From Macrostomum hystrix (lineage: Eukaryota > Animalia > Platyhelminthes), in the NCBI GenBank assembly GCA_950097015.1, contig CATNEN010000041.1, positions 248,001 to 312,000 of the forward strand: 64,000 nucleotides of DNA, in the 5' to 3' direction. Shown one piece after another: positions 49,540 to 61,010 of the stretch. The number at the start of each line of letters is the position of its first letter. Positions within the stretch are counted from its first letter, which is position 1. The notes beneath the pieces were generated by a model that saw only the letters and a list, made by a program, of their open reading frames with translations, ran no database searches and was not told the origin of the DNA. Both the position numbers and the translations under genes were made by a program.

Positions 49540-52230
49540 TTTAGTCAGTCAGAGAAAACAACAATTACCCCCTATCCCGGCATAGACTGGTTTGGACAGA
49601 CCGACCCCCAGCCAATCAAAAAGCGCCACGCGCACTCTAAGGCGGCATGTAAGCCGCATACACAGCATCACCCCCTTCGAAAGCAAAAGGGGATTAACGG
49701 ATGGGGAAAACAACAGTCCATTGGTGCGCAAATTCAACAGTTCATTAACTTCATTTGCAAATTGCATATCAACTCGGGCTGAACCGACTTGGCGGTCTCC
49801 GGACCCGGCTGCCTCGCCTAGGCTGTGGCAGCGGCCTCTCGTTGCCCGGCGGCCTCACCGGTGGCTCCGGCAATGGTGTCGGCGCCATCAGTGTGCCGAG
49901 TCCAACGTCGGACGCGTCACTGGTCCGCCGCTGGTGTACTGGGTACGCTGTCCAGGTTATCGGAGTGCCATCGCGAGCCGTCTTCGAGCAGCCAGGACTC
50001 GGGGCCCAGCCGACGAATGATTTGCCGAACGTCGCCCAGCCATGTCGCAGCTTGTGAGCAGTCTGTGGCCGGCGGACGCGCACAGTGTCGCCAGCCTGCA
50101 GTCGTGAAGGTCGGGCGCCTCGACGACAATCGGTGGCTAGCCTGGCCTTCTCCTTGTTGGCTTGGTCTCGTCGCTCCGTGGCCTCCGCTGATGTCGCTTT
50201 CGATGTCGGCTGGCGGATGCCTCGGCTCCACTTGTTGAGTGGCCCTCGGAGCGGCCGGCTGATCATCAGCTCTCCAGGCGTCAGGCCCGTGGTCGCATTC
50301 GCCGTTGACCGGTAGCACTGCAGAAACTCGCGGAGCGCCTTCTTGAAGCTAATGCCGACCTTGAGATGGGCCTTCAACGACTCCTTCAGCGTACGGTTGA
50401 GCCGCTCGACATTCGAGTTCGACTGCGGATGGTACAGCGAAGTCTTGATGTGCTTCACGCCTTGGCCGGCCAGGAACTCCTCGAATGCGTGGCTGGTGAA
50501 CTGGGGCCCGTTGTTGTTGTTGTTGGCGTACGGATCCCTCGCTAGGCATATGGGGGGCAGCGCGCCGTCGCCTCGATGAAGATCCGCACCCGATTCTCTT
50601 GATTCTCTCTCCCTGTGGGTCCTCCCACAGGAGGGACATTGAGCCAGAAGAATGGAGGATGTTGCGGCGTTGATCGGCCCACCTGGGGCAGTCGAGCAGG
50701 AAGTTCCGCGTGTCCTCCTGGGGAGCGTTGCAGTGGGGGGCAAGACGCAGCGGGTACCTTGCCCCAGCGGTGTAGGGTAGCTTGCAGGAAAGGCGCGCGG
50801 TTCGCCGAGTTGGAACAGCGCCACCTCCGCCGCACGAGGCCAGGCATGGCCGACCTGCAGCCGCTTGCCACCGCTGAGTCGATGTGGATGGTCCAGAGGG
50901 ACTAGGTATTCGAATGCTCGGTACGTTGTCGGTCATAATCTTGGATGGCAGCTCTCTTCGACGTTCCTCCTCCCCGCTCTCTATTTTTGGTTGCTTTAGA
51001 GTTTTTACTAGTTTTTGTTTCATTTTGCCTTTTTTTGTCGTTCTTCTTCCGTCTTCTGTTTTGGTGTTCTTAGCCTGTTCGCTCTTCTTCTCCTCTGTTG
51101 TCCGGTTGAACTTACTGTTGTTTTTGGAGATGCTCGGTTTAGTCACTTCCGGGCCGCTCCGTTGAAGGAAGGTTTGCCTACAGAACCCAGTTGTTACTCT
51201 GAGTCTATAGGCCTCTCCCCCCAACTTCTTCTTTGCCAGCCTGGTCCAGGCCGCTCGGCACTGTCGCGGAAGTGAGAAATCTTGGCCTGGCAAACTGTAG
51301 ACACCTCGAATGGCTCATTGTCGTCATCGTCATCCTTGACGGTGCGGACCTTACGTCGCTGTCGGCAACATGACTTGAAATGACCGACCCGGTGGCAGTG
51401 CAGGCAGGACTTGTCCTTCGCTGGACACTCAATGCGCAGGTGGCATGCCCAGCCAATCCGCAGTTGCCGCATCGCGCGTCCGAGCTAGATTTCTGCGGCA
51501 TCGCATGCTTGGGACCCTTGCGTGGCGGACGCTGGCTGATCTTCTGGATGCGGGACTCCTGCTCCTTGTCGCTCTTGCCGTCGCGCAGGTTCTTGGCGTC
51601 GTTGATGGCGGATTCGACTTGAATCGCTAGGGCTGTGGCTGTCTCCAGCTCGAGCACCTTCTCCATGAGCAGTCGCTCTCTGATGCGTGGCGAATGGGTC
51701 TTCTCTATGATCTGGTCCCTGATCATCTGGTCTTGAAGAGCGCCGTATTCGCAGTCTGCTGCGAGTTCGCAAAGGGCGTCAACGAACTGGCTGATCGGCT
51801 CGCCAGACATCTGGGCGCGTGACTTAAATCTGTAGCGGTTGCTGATGGTGCTATGCGACTCGCCGAAGATCGTCTTCAGCTCTTTCACCAGCTTTGCTCC
51901 TGAAAATCTTTCACCAGTCAAAGGTGCCGACGTTTGCCGTTGGCAGATTCCTCAGCGCGTAGATTCGCTGGCCCTCCTCGCCAAGCAGATGGATGAGTAT
52001 CGCCTTCTTGCGTGCGTCCGATGCTTCGTTAAGGTCCAAGGCCTCCAGGTAGATCTTGAATCCTTCGATCCAACGATTCCAAGGCGTGTGTGGCTGTCCT
52101 GGGTAGGCGAGAAACACGCGTGGCACGGAAATGCTCAGGCTCGTCACCATGTTATGTGTACACAACAGTATCCGTATCTGTAAGTGAATGACAGCAAGCG
52201 AATCGTATTTCCCTCACTGAAGCTGGATAG
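49540..52230 (-). mobile_element. Decayed, internally deleted Ty3/Gypsy LTR retrotransposon (gag + integrase C-half)
   Basis: Gag motifs WNRWIEGFKIYLEA...KKAILIHLLGEEG, RYRFKSRAQMSGEPISQFV..L..LAADCEYG..QDQMIRDQII and zinc knuckles (CxxC..GH). Integrase NGPQFTSHAFEEFL...YHPQSNSNVERLNRTLK. PBS-like tggtgacgag (52149-52140) follows CA, and PPT-like aagggggtga (49677-49668) precedes TG. Protease, RT and RNase H are absent, and the two LTR remnants could not be aligned to each other. Confidence 0.9.
50510..51200 (-). mobile_element. Non-LTR retrotransposon (LINE) remnant nested in the Gypsy element
   Basis: Across frameshifts it reads EVALFQL.ANRAPFLQATLHRWGKVPAASCPHCNAPQEDTRNFLLDCPRW (ORF2 C-terminal CCHC region). 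It ends in an (aac)5 tail that abuts the integrase NGPQF. The 5' boundary is approximate. Confidence 0.7.
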
Positions 52231-52289
52231 GATAGCTGTGGGGAAGTGAAACAAACACAAATTTACGTATGAAATATAGGAGTTTTTTA

Positions 52290-52575
52290 ACTCCATCGGG
52301 CCAGATGTGCAGCCGACAGCGCAGCCGTAGCTATTGCGCATGGACTGAATGCTGCGTACGGCTGTTCAGTCAATGGACTGGGGGGGGACGCCACGCCCAC
52401 CCTCAATTACTCCAACTGCTGCTGGTGCCCATCCCGTTTAACAGATGGGTGAACTGAAGCAATGCAGAGATGTATCTAATTGCTAAAGGACACAAATTGT
52501 TTCTGTGGAGTTGTAAGTGCCTCACGACCTTAAAGTCGTAAGTCCGACGCTCTAGCCACAAGGCTACAACCCCCT
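52290..52575 (-). mobile_element. tRNA-derived SINE, family B, copy 2
   Basis: The reverse complement begins gggggttgtagccttgtggctagagcgtcggacttacgact (tRNA-like) and contains cttcagttcacccatctgttaaacgggatgggcacc (CORE-domain-like) and ccccagtccattgactgaacag, shared with 33090-33170. Confidence 0.7.
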
Positions 52576-53570
52576 TCCACCTATAAGAGTGGAAGGACAA
52601 ATGCAACGTTTTCAGAAAAATTTTGTGAGTCTTGTTTTCACCAAAAGATTGAGATTGGAATTTTTTACATGAAAATTAAAAGATCATTGAATGGTTTTGT
52701 TTTTCATTTTCATCATTTTTGTAAGCTGATCTATAAAGCTCTTATTAGCATATGATGTACCTTACATGTTGCTTCCAGGAATTTCACACAGCTTTATTTC
52801 TGAAAACCTTATCTTCGTGTTTTTTCACTACTAGGCCTTTATTAATAACAGTGACAGGGCTTAAACAATAAACGAGTCATAAGGCTTGAATTCCATATTC
52901 ATAAATGTATTTGATAATTGATCAGATTATCAAATTAGAGAAAACAAATAGCTTGTTTCTTAGTGGTTTTGTTGTTTCAGGAGCATAGGTATTTTACACC
53001 GCACACGGGACAGCATGTAGAGAAGCGGAAAATGGATATGAAACCTTTGACAGAAAGCTTTTAAAGCTTGACAGAAATCGATGAAGAAAGCTAATATCAA
53101 AATATGAGCCCTTAATCCGCTTCCAAACAAAAACTGTCACTAAATTTGTGCAGATAAACTGAAAACCTCTTGTCCCCGCAGCGCATTTTTAGGCGAAAGC
53201 AGCCTCCTAAACTCTAGAGTTTTAAGTTTCCTGTCCCTCAACTCCCAGTCTCTAGTCAGTGAGCGTCTGCACAATGTTGATTTCAGCCCAATCTGGAACT
53301 GCAAGCGCGCACTGCTGTATGCAGACACTGTCCAATGCCTGACAAGTAAGAAGCGAATTCGTAAGATCTAAAAATAGAAACGTTCTCCACCCGCGGATTG
53401 TTCACGGCGAGCCCAGCTAACTAAATTGCTAGAAACTATTTCGCATGTAACCCGCGACCCTGCATTTCATATAAATACTGCAGAGCCTCAAGACGAAATC
53501 AAACGCAAGGCGAGATCCATCAAAGAGTTTTTATGACACAAAAAGTCCTTTAAAACTTAAACTCGAGCAA

Positions 53571-54860
53571 ATGAATCTTCAAATGCAGCAGCTGAACCTA
53601 GATTCTGAAGCCCAGGGCGAGACGCCCGAGTCCCTGAGGTTCCGCGCTCTGCCACAGGCGATTCAGCGACGCCTGCTGCTAGACTATCCGCGCATTCTGG
53701 CCACTGCAATTCACCAGTACAGCGAGGGCGCCAACTGTGAAGAAATTCTCTTGCAGGCGTTTAACAGCAGCTCCGACAGGCTGAGAGTTCGCAACAGCGA
53801 CGGCGACAATCCCGTGGCGTCTGCTCTGTTGCGGCAGCAGGGCGAGCGGGCCGAGAAGCTGTTGGACATTGCGGCTAGTCAAAATCCCGAGGCTCTTGAC
53901 GACCGCTCGCAGAGTAGGGAAACCATGCTCATGCTGAGCACATCGAGTGGCAGCTCAGCTGAGAATTTGATGGAGCGCCTGCTGGTCAGAGAGCCGACTC
54001 AGCTTCACCGACTGTACGACAACAACGGCCGAAACTTCCTGCACCACTGCGCACTGGAGGAGTCTGTTGAGGTCCTCGAAGCCGGACTGAGAATAACAAG
54101 GACTCTGATCGAGGAGGGCAGGCTTGTGGCAGGCCAGGTAGCTGCCGCCATCCACATGAATGACCGTGCTGGAGACACGGTGCTTCACCTGATGGCGACT
54201 CGAGACCGGACTGACATGCTGAGCCTGCTGTTGGATTTCGCAACCAACACTGGCATCAACGTCAACCTTGACGAGAGGCAACACCGCGGCAATCGCTGGA
54301 CGCCGCTGATGTCAGCAGTGAATGCCGGCGCGGTTCAAGCAGCTCGATTCCTCCTTGACAACGGCGCCGACCCGTTGGAGGAGGACAGCGAAGGCTCCAG
54401 TGGCGAGGATCTGTCTCTCAGCAGACTCGAGAATGAAGAGTCCGCTGTTGAGATGGACTTTGAGGAGCAGCAGGACCCCATTACTCAAAGCACTGTTGTT
54501 CCTGCAGTGATGGCAAGCTTCAGAATCGAATCATGGATGAAGCCCGTGAACTCGGTCGACAGTGGTGTGGCCTCTGTACCCAGTGTGCTCGACAACATCC
54601 CTACAGCTCTGCCTTTACTGGACGAGGAATATTCAGCAGAGGAAATGGCCGAGCTGGAAATTCGATTGCTGCACAGTGGACAAACTCAGGACTTCCTTGC
54701 CAAACTGATTCGCCAAGACGAACAGCTGAGCGATGTAGGTCTGGCTGGAATGTCTGACAAGCCGGTTAGTGCTGCCTTCAGCATCTGGGCGGCTCAAGGA
54801 GTTCAAGTTAGACGGCTAGTCGTGCTGGCGGCTCTTAAGGAACTTTATGAAAGCCCATGA
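53571..54860 (+). CDS. Ankyrin-repeat protein with C-terminal death-fold-like module (family member 3), intronless, 429 aa
   Basis: Residues 5-275 are near-identical to member 2. The linker contains VDSGVAS. The C-terminal helical domain YSAEEMAELEIRLLHSG...MSDKPVSAAFSIWAAQG is homologous to, but diverged from, that of member 2. Confidence 0.88.
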   Translation: MNLQMQQLNLDSEAQGETPESLRFRALPQAIQRRLLLDYPRILATAIHQYSEGANCEEILLQAFNSSSDRLRVRNSDGDNPVASALLRQQGERAEKLLDIAASQNPEALDDRSQSRETMLMLSTSSGSSAENLMERLLVREPTQLHRLYDNNGRNFLHHCALEESVEVLEAGLRITRTLIEEGRLVAGQVAAAIHMNDRAGDTVLHLMATRDRTDMLSLLLDFATNTGINVNLDERQHRGNRWTPLMSAVNAGAVQAARFLLDNGADPLEEDSEGSSGEDLSLSRLENEESAVEMDFEEQQDPITQSTVVPAVMASFRIESWMKPVNSVDSGVASVPSVLDNIPTALPLLDEEYSAEEMAELEIRLLHSGQTQDFLAKLIRQDEQLSDVGLAGMSDKPVSAAFSIWAAQGVQVRRLVVLAALKELYESP

Positions 54861-56086
54861 AGTACAGGAAAAACTGCGCTGCTGTACAGGAACTCATACT
54901 TCAATTGAATCATAACTGTTGCATCATGTGCATATGTGCCATGAATTGGTTCGCATGTTCTGTTCCATTCCATCGCACTTTAATGTAGATTTAAAGTAAA
55001 TTCACATTTGGATTAAATTTTATTTGGATAACTTGGCCAGTTTGGCAAATATTGAAGCTGCATCGTTTTGTGATATTGAAACTCGCAACTTTTTTAACTT
55101 CTGGTTGCAAAAGTTGTAGGCAATAACAAACTCATGGAACCGAGATAATAAAATATGTTTACATTTCTCACTAAATTTCACTAAACATAAATTCAGCGAG
55201 TTGTTTGAGAACCCGTTCATTTTGGAATGTACATTTTAGCTTTTAAGCTTTGCTGATCTTTCGCCCCTTTCAAAGCTGTAGGCCATTGATTTTATTTAAA
55301 TGAAAGCTAATTAATGTAGGGTTTAAGTTTGATGTAAATTGCCGATAAACTGCAGGCATGACGATCTAGCCTATAAGCCTACGCCTAGTAACATACAAAT
55401 AATAGAAACATTACAACGCGAATGAGCAATGTCCACTATACTATACGTTAAATGCCTTGCGAGTATTAAATGCCTTACGTTGTGCCCGCTGCCTACCCAC
55501 TTCCTACCCACTACCTATCCGCTTGCCTACCCACTGTCTAGGCTTAGTGAGCCCACTGCTAAAATTCGTGAGTCAATACCGTTCAATGCTACTCACCAAC
55601 AGTCAATAGCAAGTCAGTAGCATTTTGCTAAGCTAAAAAGCAGCAAAATTAGCGTTTGCACACCCCATAGCTTCTTCCATTTCCTAAGCTCCGCAACTGG
55701 CCCAGCCAATAGAGTCCACTCCATCTCACCTTGTCTCCCCACCCCTCCGCCAGCTCTGCCCTAGCGTACACAATTCGCCTCACCCACTCCTTACCACCCA
55801 AACTTTTGAGTATGAGCCGCATGCGAGTGGAAGCGTCTGCGTACATTGAATCACCCGCACTACTTCTCGTAGGGCAGAGAGTGAATGAGGCGTGTACAGT
55901 GCGGGCGCCCACTTTCACATGCAGGTGTTAAGGCGAGCGAGAGCAAGAAGGCTAAAGAGTTGAGATAGAGGGAGAGAGTGGCGAGCCAGTGCGCCAGATT
56001 GGCTGCTCGCAGTCTTTCCACCTGGGCCCATTCGAGTTTCTGCGTCTCGCGCTTACCTGCCATGTCATTGGCGCCGCGCGAACAGC

Positions 56087-57372
56087 ATGGCTTCCAGACG
56101 GAATAACCACGCTGCGGACAGCGATGGCAGTGACATACTGGACGGCGAGGATCCCAGTATCGAGGACTGCAGCTGCTCCGACAGCTCGCTGGAGTCCGGT
56201 AAGGCAGTCTTGGAAGATCCGATGCTGGTGGGGAGAATTTGTATGGGATAAGATACGCAGGCTCCTTAGTGTTTAAAGACTACCGCTTTTCTTAATTTTA
56301 TTATCAGCCATAGAGCCCAACGACGGCAGCTTCAGTCTGCATGTCTTTTCAAAGGATTTCGCCAGCTCTCCGGTGTACCGAGCCATTGTCAGCTGCAGTC
56401 TGTCTGCGCTGTACCACGCCATCTACTGTCAGCAGCAGTCTGTCACACTCACCGACTCCAACTTCGGCGTGAACTTTCTGCACTTGGTGGCATCCACAGC
56501 GGAGCACCAGACAGAGACCGCCTTCGAGCCGTTCATCTACGCCCTCTCGAATCACCACGTGGACCCAAGCGCCGAGGACGCCAGTGGCGACACCCCTTTG
56601 CGTCGCGCTCTGCGTCGGCGCCTTCCCCTATTAACGCGAGCCCTCCTGCGCTGCGGTGCCCGCCAGGAACCGTCGGCCGACTTTGCTGCTCTAGTCGATT
56701 CTGCTGAAGAGGCTGCTACCACCGAAGATGAGGAAGCACGTTCAGCGGCGGAGGCTGCGCGCAGCGCATACGAAGAGTTTCCTCCAGGCGGACTGTGGGC
56801 CGCCGTTAAGGTAGGCCCGACTGTCCGTGATTTTCGTCGATTTATATGTCCCCTAATCCTGTTCCGATCCACTGCAGGCAAGCGACTATTTCCTGGTGGA
56901 TCGGCTGCTGGGCTGCTGGTTTCGAGTCCGCATCACCCGCACTGACGGAGAGAGCCTCATCAGCTTCGCCCGCCATGTCGGTGCCGGCAGCCTGATTGTG
57001 GACCTGCTGGAGGGCAGCCGCGCCACACTCGAGTTCGTGCACGCCACTCTGGCTGGTGACACTCGAAAGATGGTACAGCTGCTGGCCAACCGCAACGTCA
57101 ACGCCGAGATCCGCGATCGCGGCCACCGGTCTGACAGTTTAACTGCGGGGACTGCGGGGTCGGCGGTGGCGGCTGGGGCAGCAGCGGCGATGCCTTCTAG
57201 CAGGCCGAGGTCGCTGCGTGAGACGGCAACAGCCATGGGCCATCGGCGCCGGGTGCTGAAGCTGCTGCCGCCTGACCGTGGACCGCCGACGGCCAACGGG
57301 CGAAGGGGCGGGCCCGCAACTGCCGGACGGGCCGGTCGGCCGACAACATCCACGGTCTGTGGCGTGATGTAA
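56087..57372 (+). CDS. Ankyrin-repeat protein of a different subfamily; exons 56087-56198, 56314-56810, 56878-57372
   Basis: Phase-consistent GT-AG introns (68-115 nt); motifs GVNFLHLVA, DASGDTPLRRAL...ALLRCGA, GGLWAAVKASDYFLVDRLLGCWFRV, DGESLISFA, SLRETATAMGHRRRVLKLL. Confidence 0.78.
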
Positions 57373-58974
57373 GGTCGACCGACAACATCCACGGTCTGTG
57401 GCGTGATGTGAGGTCGACCGCGCCGCCCTTTACCACATGTCGGACACAAATTAGTCAGTTTATTTCGATTGATAAGTATTCGTAGGTTTTATTCATTTCT
57501 TCCGTTCTCAACGTTAAATTTCTTCATGTGCACTCTTCTTTCCTTTGTCTTGCTTTTGACTTCTTTAGGCAGCGAGATTTAAGATTCTTAATCCATCAGG
57601 CGTTTTTCACCTCTGAATCTCGCCAAATTCTTTATCGTTAGTCTTTCTTTGTTTTAACCAGGTATATTTTCCCTACAAGGGTAGCTCGTGTTTCCCTTCT
57701 GCTCCTTAATTCCACATCAAGTCAGTTGTGTCGCGCCGCAGCGTAATTTTGTTTTGTTTTGTGGTTTGTGATTCTCCACAAGTGCTAGCCCGCATGCGGG
57801 TGGGACAAACAGTGGATGGAGAAAGTCACGTGCCCTGTTTCTAAAAATGACGGTCGTGATGGGCGCGTGACGCAGTGTAAATGTTGTTTTTCGATTATCT
57901 TTTGCCATTTTAGTGATGTGATTTACTGATGATATTTTTCAACATGCCTCTCTAATGAATCTGGTGCTTGCAACTACGGCTAGTGTACGTTGCCTTGTGC
58001 CAGGTTTCCGGGTTTGCGAGGTCATGAGACCAACAGGAATGTTAACCCTAACCCTTGTCCAGTTCCGTCCTTGTCAGTTAAATCCCTAATGGACTAAATG
58101 ATTGTGGGGTTCATAAGCTTATTATTAACTTGTGATTTTGTCTTTTTTGTTTCCATGTCGCCGTGAAATTTCACGAACTCCGTCTGCCACAATTTCCCTC
58201 TTTTGCAATAGTGCAATTCACTGCGTTGTTGACTTCCTTGACTTGTGATTTGTGTCAGTTGCTTTGAGTTGTTAGTCAGCTTTGAAATGTACCGTAATAT
58301 TGCTTTTTGCAACTTTATTTCATTTTTACCCACTTTTTTATTCAACTGGCTTTGGTTTTTGGGAGTTGGCAGGTGCAAGAACGAGTCTTGCTTGTGGGAT
58401 TTTGCTCTAATTAGGCATGTTTTTGTTCAGCACATTCTCATGAAAGAACTGAGCTCAATTTTGGCTCATCTGGCTAACATCACAAGTAGACAAGCCGAGA
58501 AGAACATGAACAAGAACATTGATTGGTTAGCTTTACAATAGAGTAGTGACGCAACGCATGGCAATTTTCTAGGTAAGTTACGCGTGCACGCGTCTCTGGA
58601 GGACTTGCTAAAAGTGCATATCTGATTGCTGACCTGGAGCTGGATGACCATTTGCAACTTATGGAAATAAAACGCGGAGGGGAAATAAGACCGTCAGATG
58701 ACGAATTATCTTGAGCAATAATTTCCCCTTTGAAAACTGCATGTTTGCAATGAAAGATGATTGAAAGCCATTCGCTTAATTTCCTTTATGCTGATTGAGC
58801 TGCTGTAGCAGGAGGTATGACAGTTTCCTGCTCGCTTCGTTGCTAATCCCCTGCAGTAATCTCTCGCCTGTCCCTCGGCCGATTCAAATGAAATCTTGGA
58901 AATCCCCGCCCTCATCTCATCCAGATTTTCTTCCTGCACCGCCGGATCAGTTTCATGATTTGCTTTTCCACCCC

Positions 58975-59488
58975 CGAGCCAAACTGCAGATGACGTATTT
59001 GTGTAGCCGGGCAAAGCGATGCCGAGCTCGACTCGCTTTATTCGCCTGAAGCTTGAATTCGAGCCAAACTGCAGATGACGTATTTGTGTAGCCGGGCAAA
59101 GCGATGCCGAGCTCGACTCGCTTTATTCGCCTGAAGCTTGAATTCGAGCCAAACTGCAGATGACGTATTTGTGTAGCCGGGCAAAGCGATGCCGAGCTCG
59201 ACTCGCTTTATTCGCCTGAAGCTTGAATTCGAGCCAAACTGCAGATGACGTATTTGTGTAGCCGAGCAAAGCGATGCCGAGCTCGACTCGCTTTATTCGC
59301 CTGAAGCTTGAATTCGAGCCAAACTGCCGATGACGTATTTGTGTAGCCGAGCAAAGCGATGCCGAGCTCGACTCGCTTTATTCGCCTGAAGCTTGAATTC
59401 GAGCCAAACTGCCGATGACGTATTTGTGTAGCCGAGCAAAGCGATGCCGAGCTCGACTCGCTTTATACGCCTGAAGCTTGAATTCGAG
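58975..59488. repeat. 85-bp tandem repeat, 6 copies
   Basis: Unit aaactgcagatgacgtatttgtgtagccgggcaaagcgatgccgagctcgactcgctttattcgcctgaagcttgaattcgagcc; successive starts at 58981, 59066, 59151... Confidence 0.95.
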
Positions 59489-59669
59489 CAAAAAAACAAG
59501 CGGATAAATGCGACACTAAGACTCCTACTAAGGACTGACAGTTATAGAATGCTGCTAACAAATATGGCAAAAAGGCAAGAAGCCTTGGCTTTCTATTGTG
59601 AGTGAAATTTTGCAATGGGAAAATTGCAGCTTGATTTAATAATGCCTTACGTCTGTATTAGATGTAAAG

Positions 59670-60572
59670 CAGGGGTCGGCAAACTTATTAGCTAGCGGGC
59701 CAAATAGAAAACATAAAAGACTACAGCGGGTCGCATTGATTGTAGAAATGTGATATAATGGAGAGATGAGACACAGGAGAGATGCGACACAGGAGAGATG
59801 AGACACAGGAGAGATGAGACACAGGAGAGAAGAGACACAGGAGAGATGAGACACAGGAGAGATGCGACACAGGAGAGATGAGACACAGGAGAGATGAGAC
59901 ACAGGAGAGAAGAGACACAGGAGAGATGAGACACAGGAGAGATGAGACACAGGAGAGATGAGACACAGGAGAGATGAGACACAGGAGAGAAGAGACACAG
60001 GAGAGATGAGACACAGGAGAGATGCGACACAGGAGAGATGAGACACAGGAGAGAAGAGACACAGGAGAGATGAGACACAGGAGAGATGAGACACAGGAGA
60101 GATGAGACACAGGAGAGATGAGACACAGGAGAGAAGAGACACAGGAGAGATGAGACACAGGAGAGATGAGACACAGGAGAGATGAGACACAGGATAGAAG
60201 AGACACAGGAGAGATGAGACACAGGATAGATGAGACACAGGAGAGAAGAGACACAGGAGAGATGAGACACAGGAGAGATGAGACACAGGAGAGATGAGAC
60301 ACAGGAGAGATGAGACACAGGAGAGATGAGACACAGGAGAGATGAGACACAGGAGAGAAGAGACACAGGAGAGAAGAGACACAGGATAGAAGAGACACAG
60401 GATAGATGAGACACAGGATAGATGAGACACAGGAGAGAAGAGACACAGGAGAGATGAGACACAGGAGAGATGAGACAAGATACTATAAGTGTCGGAAGGG
60501 GCAACGGGCTGGATTTTGGAGCTTCGAGGGCCGCATCTGCATGGCCCGCGGGCCGGAGTTTGCCGACCCCTG
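59670..60572 (-). mobile_element. hAT (Charlie-like) MITE, copy 3, carrying an internal 16-bp satellite (gagagatgagacacag, ~45 copies, 59760-60478)
   Basis: TIRs caggggtcggcaaact...agtttgccgacccctg; perfect TSD atgtaaag (59662-59669 and 60573-60580); subterminal regions match copies 1 and 2. Confidence 0.92.
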
Positions 60573-60804
60573 ATGTAAAGCCACACAATGAGTTGCTCCA
60601 TTCAGTCAGCCATTTTATCTCGCGTCATCGTCATCCTTCGCCTGTCCTGCTGCACATCGCCTGCTTCAGCATCACCTGCTGAGTCGCCATCCTCATCCGC
60701 TGTTGGACGGAGTGGCACCTAGACTCGACTATAGATACCGCCGAGCAAGCCTACAGATTGCATCCAGCCCTCGATGTGGAGCAGACCCACGCGTGTCTCA
60801 CATA

Positions 60805-61010
60805 GACACACACACACCACACACACACACACACCACACCACACAACACACACACCACACACACACACACCACACACACACACACACCACACCACACAAC
60901 ACACACACCACACACACACACACCACACACACACATACACCACACACACACATACCACACACACACACCACACACACACACCAAACACTCACATACACTC
61001 ACACACACAC
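60805..61010. repeat. Imperfect (CA)n/(CAC) microsatellite
   Basis: Read directly; explains the HT/VC-rich ORFs. Confidence 0.95.

Noticed and set aside
49540-52230. Intact paired LTRs for dating the Gypsy insertion
   Set aside because: The sequences after the PPT and before the PBS could not be aligned to each other, so no LTR pair or TSD can be claimed.
58975-59488. 85-bp repeats as a CRISPR array or cloning polylinker (contain PstI, SacI, HindIII and EcoRI sites)
   Set aside because: Units are contiguous with no unique spacers and no cas genes; the site order and intervening sequence do not resemble a vector MCS; eukaryotic context.
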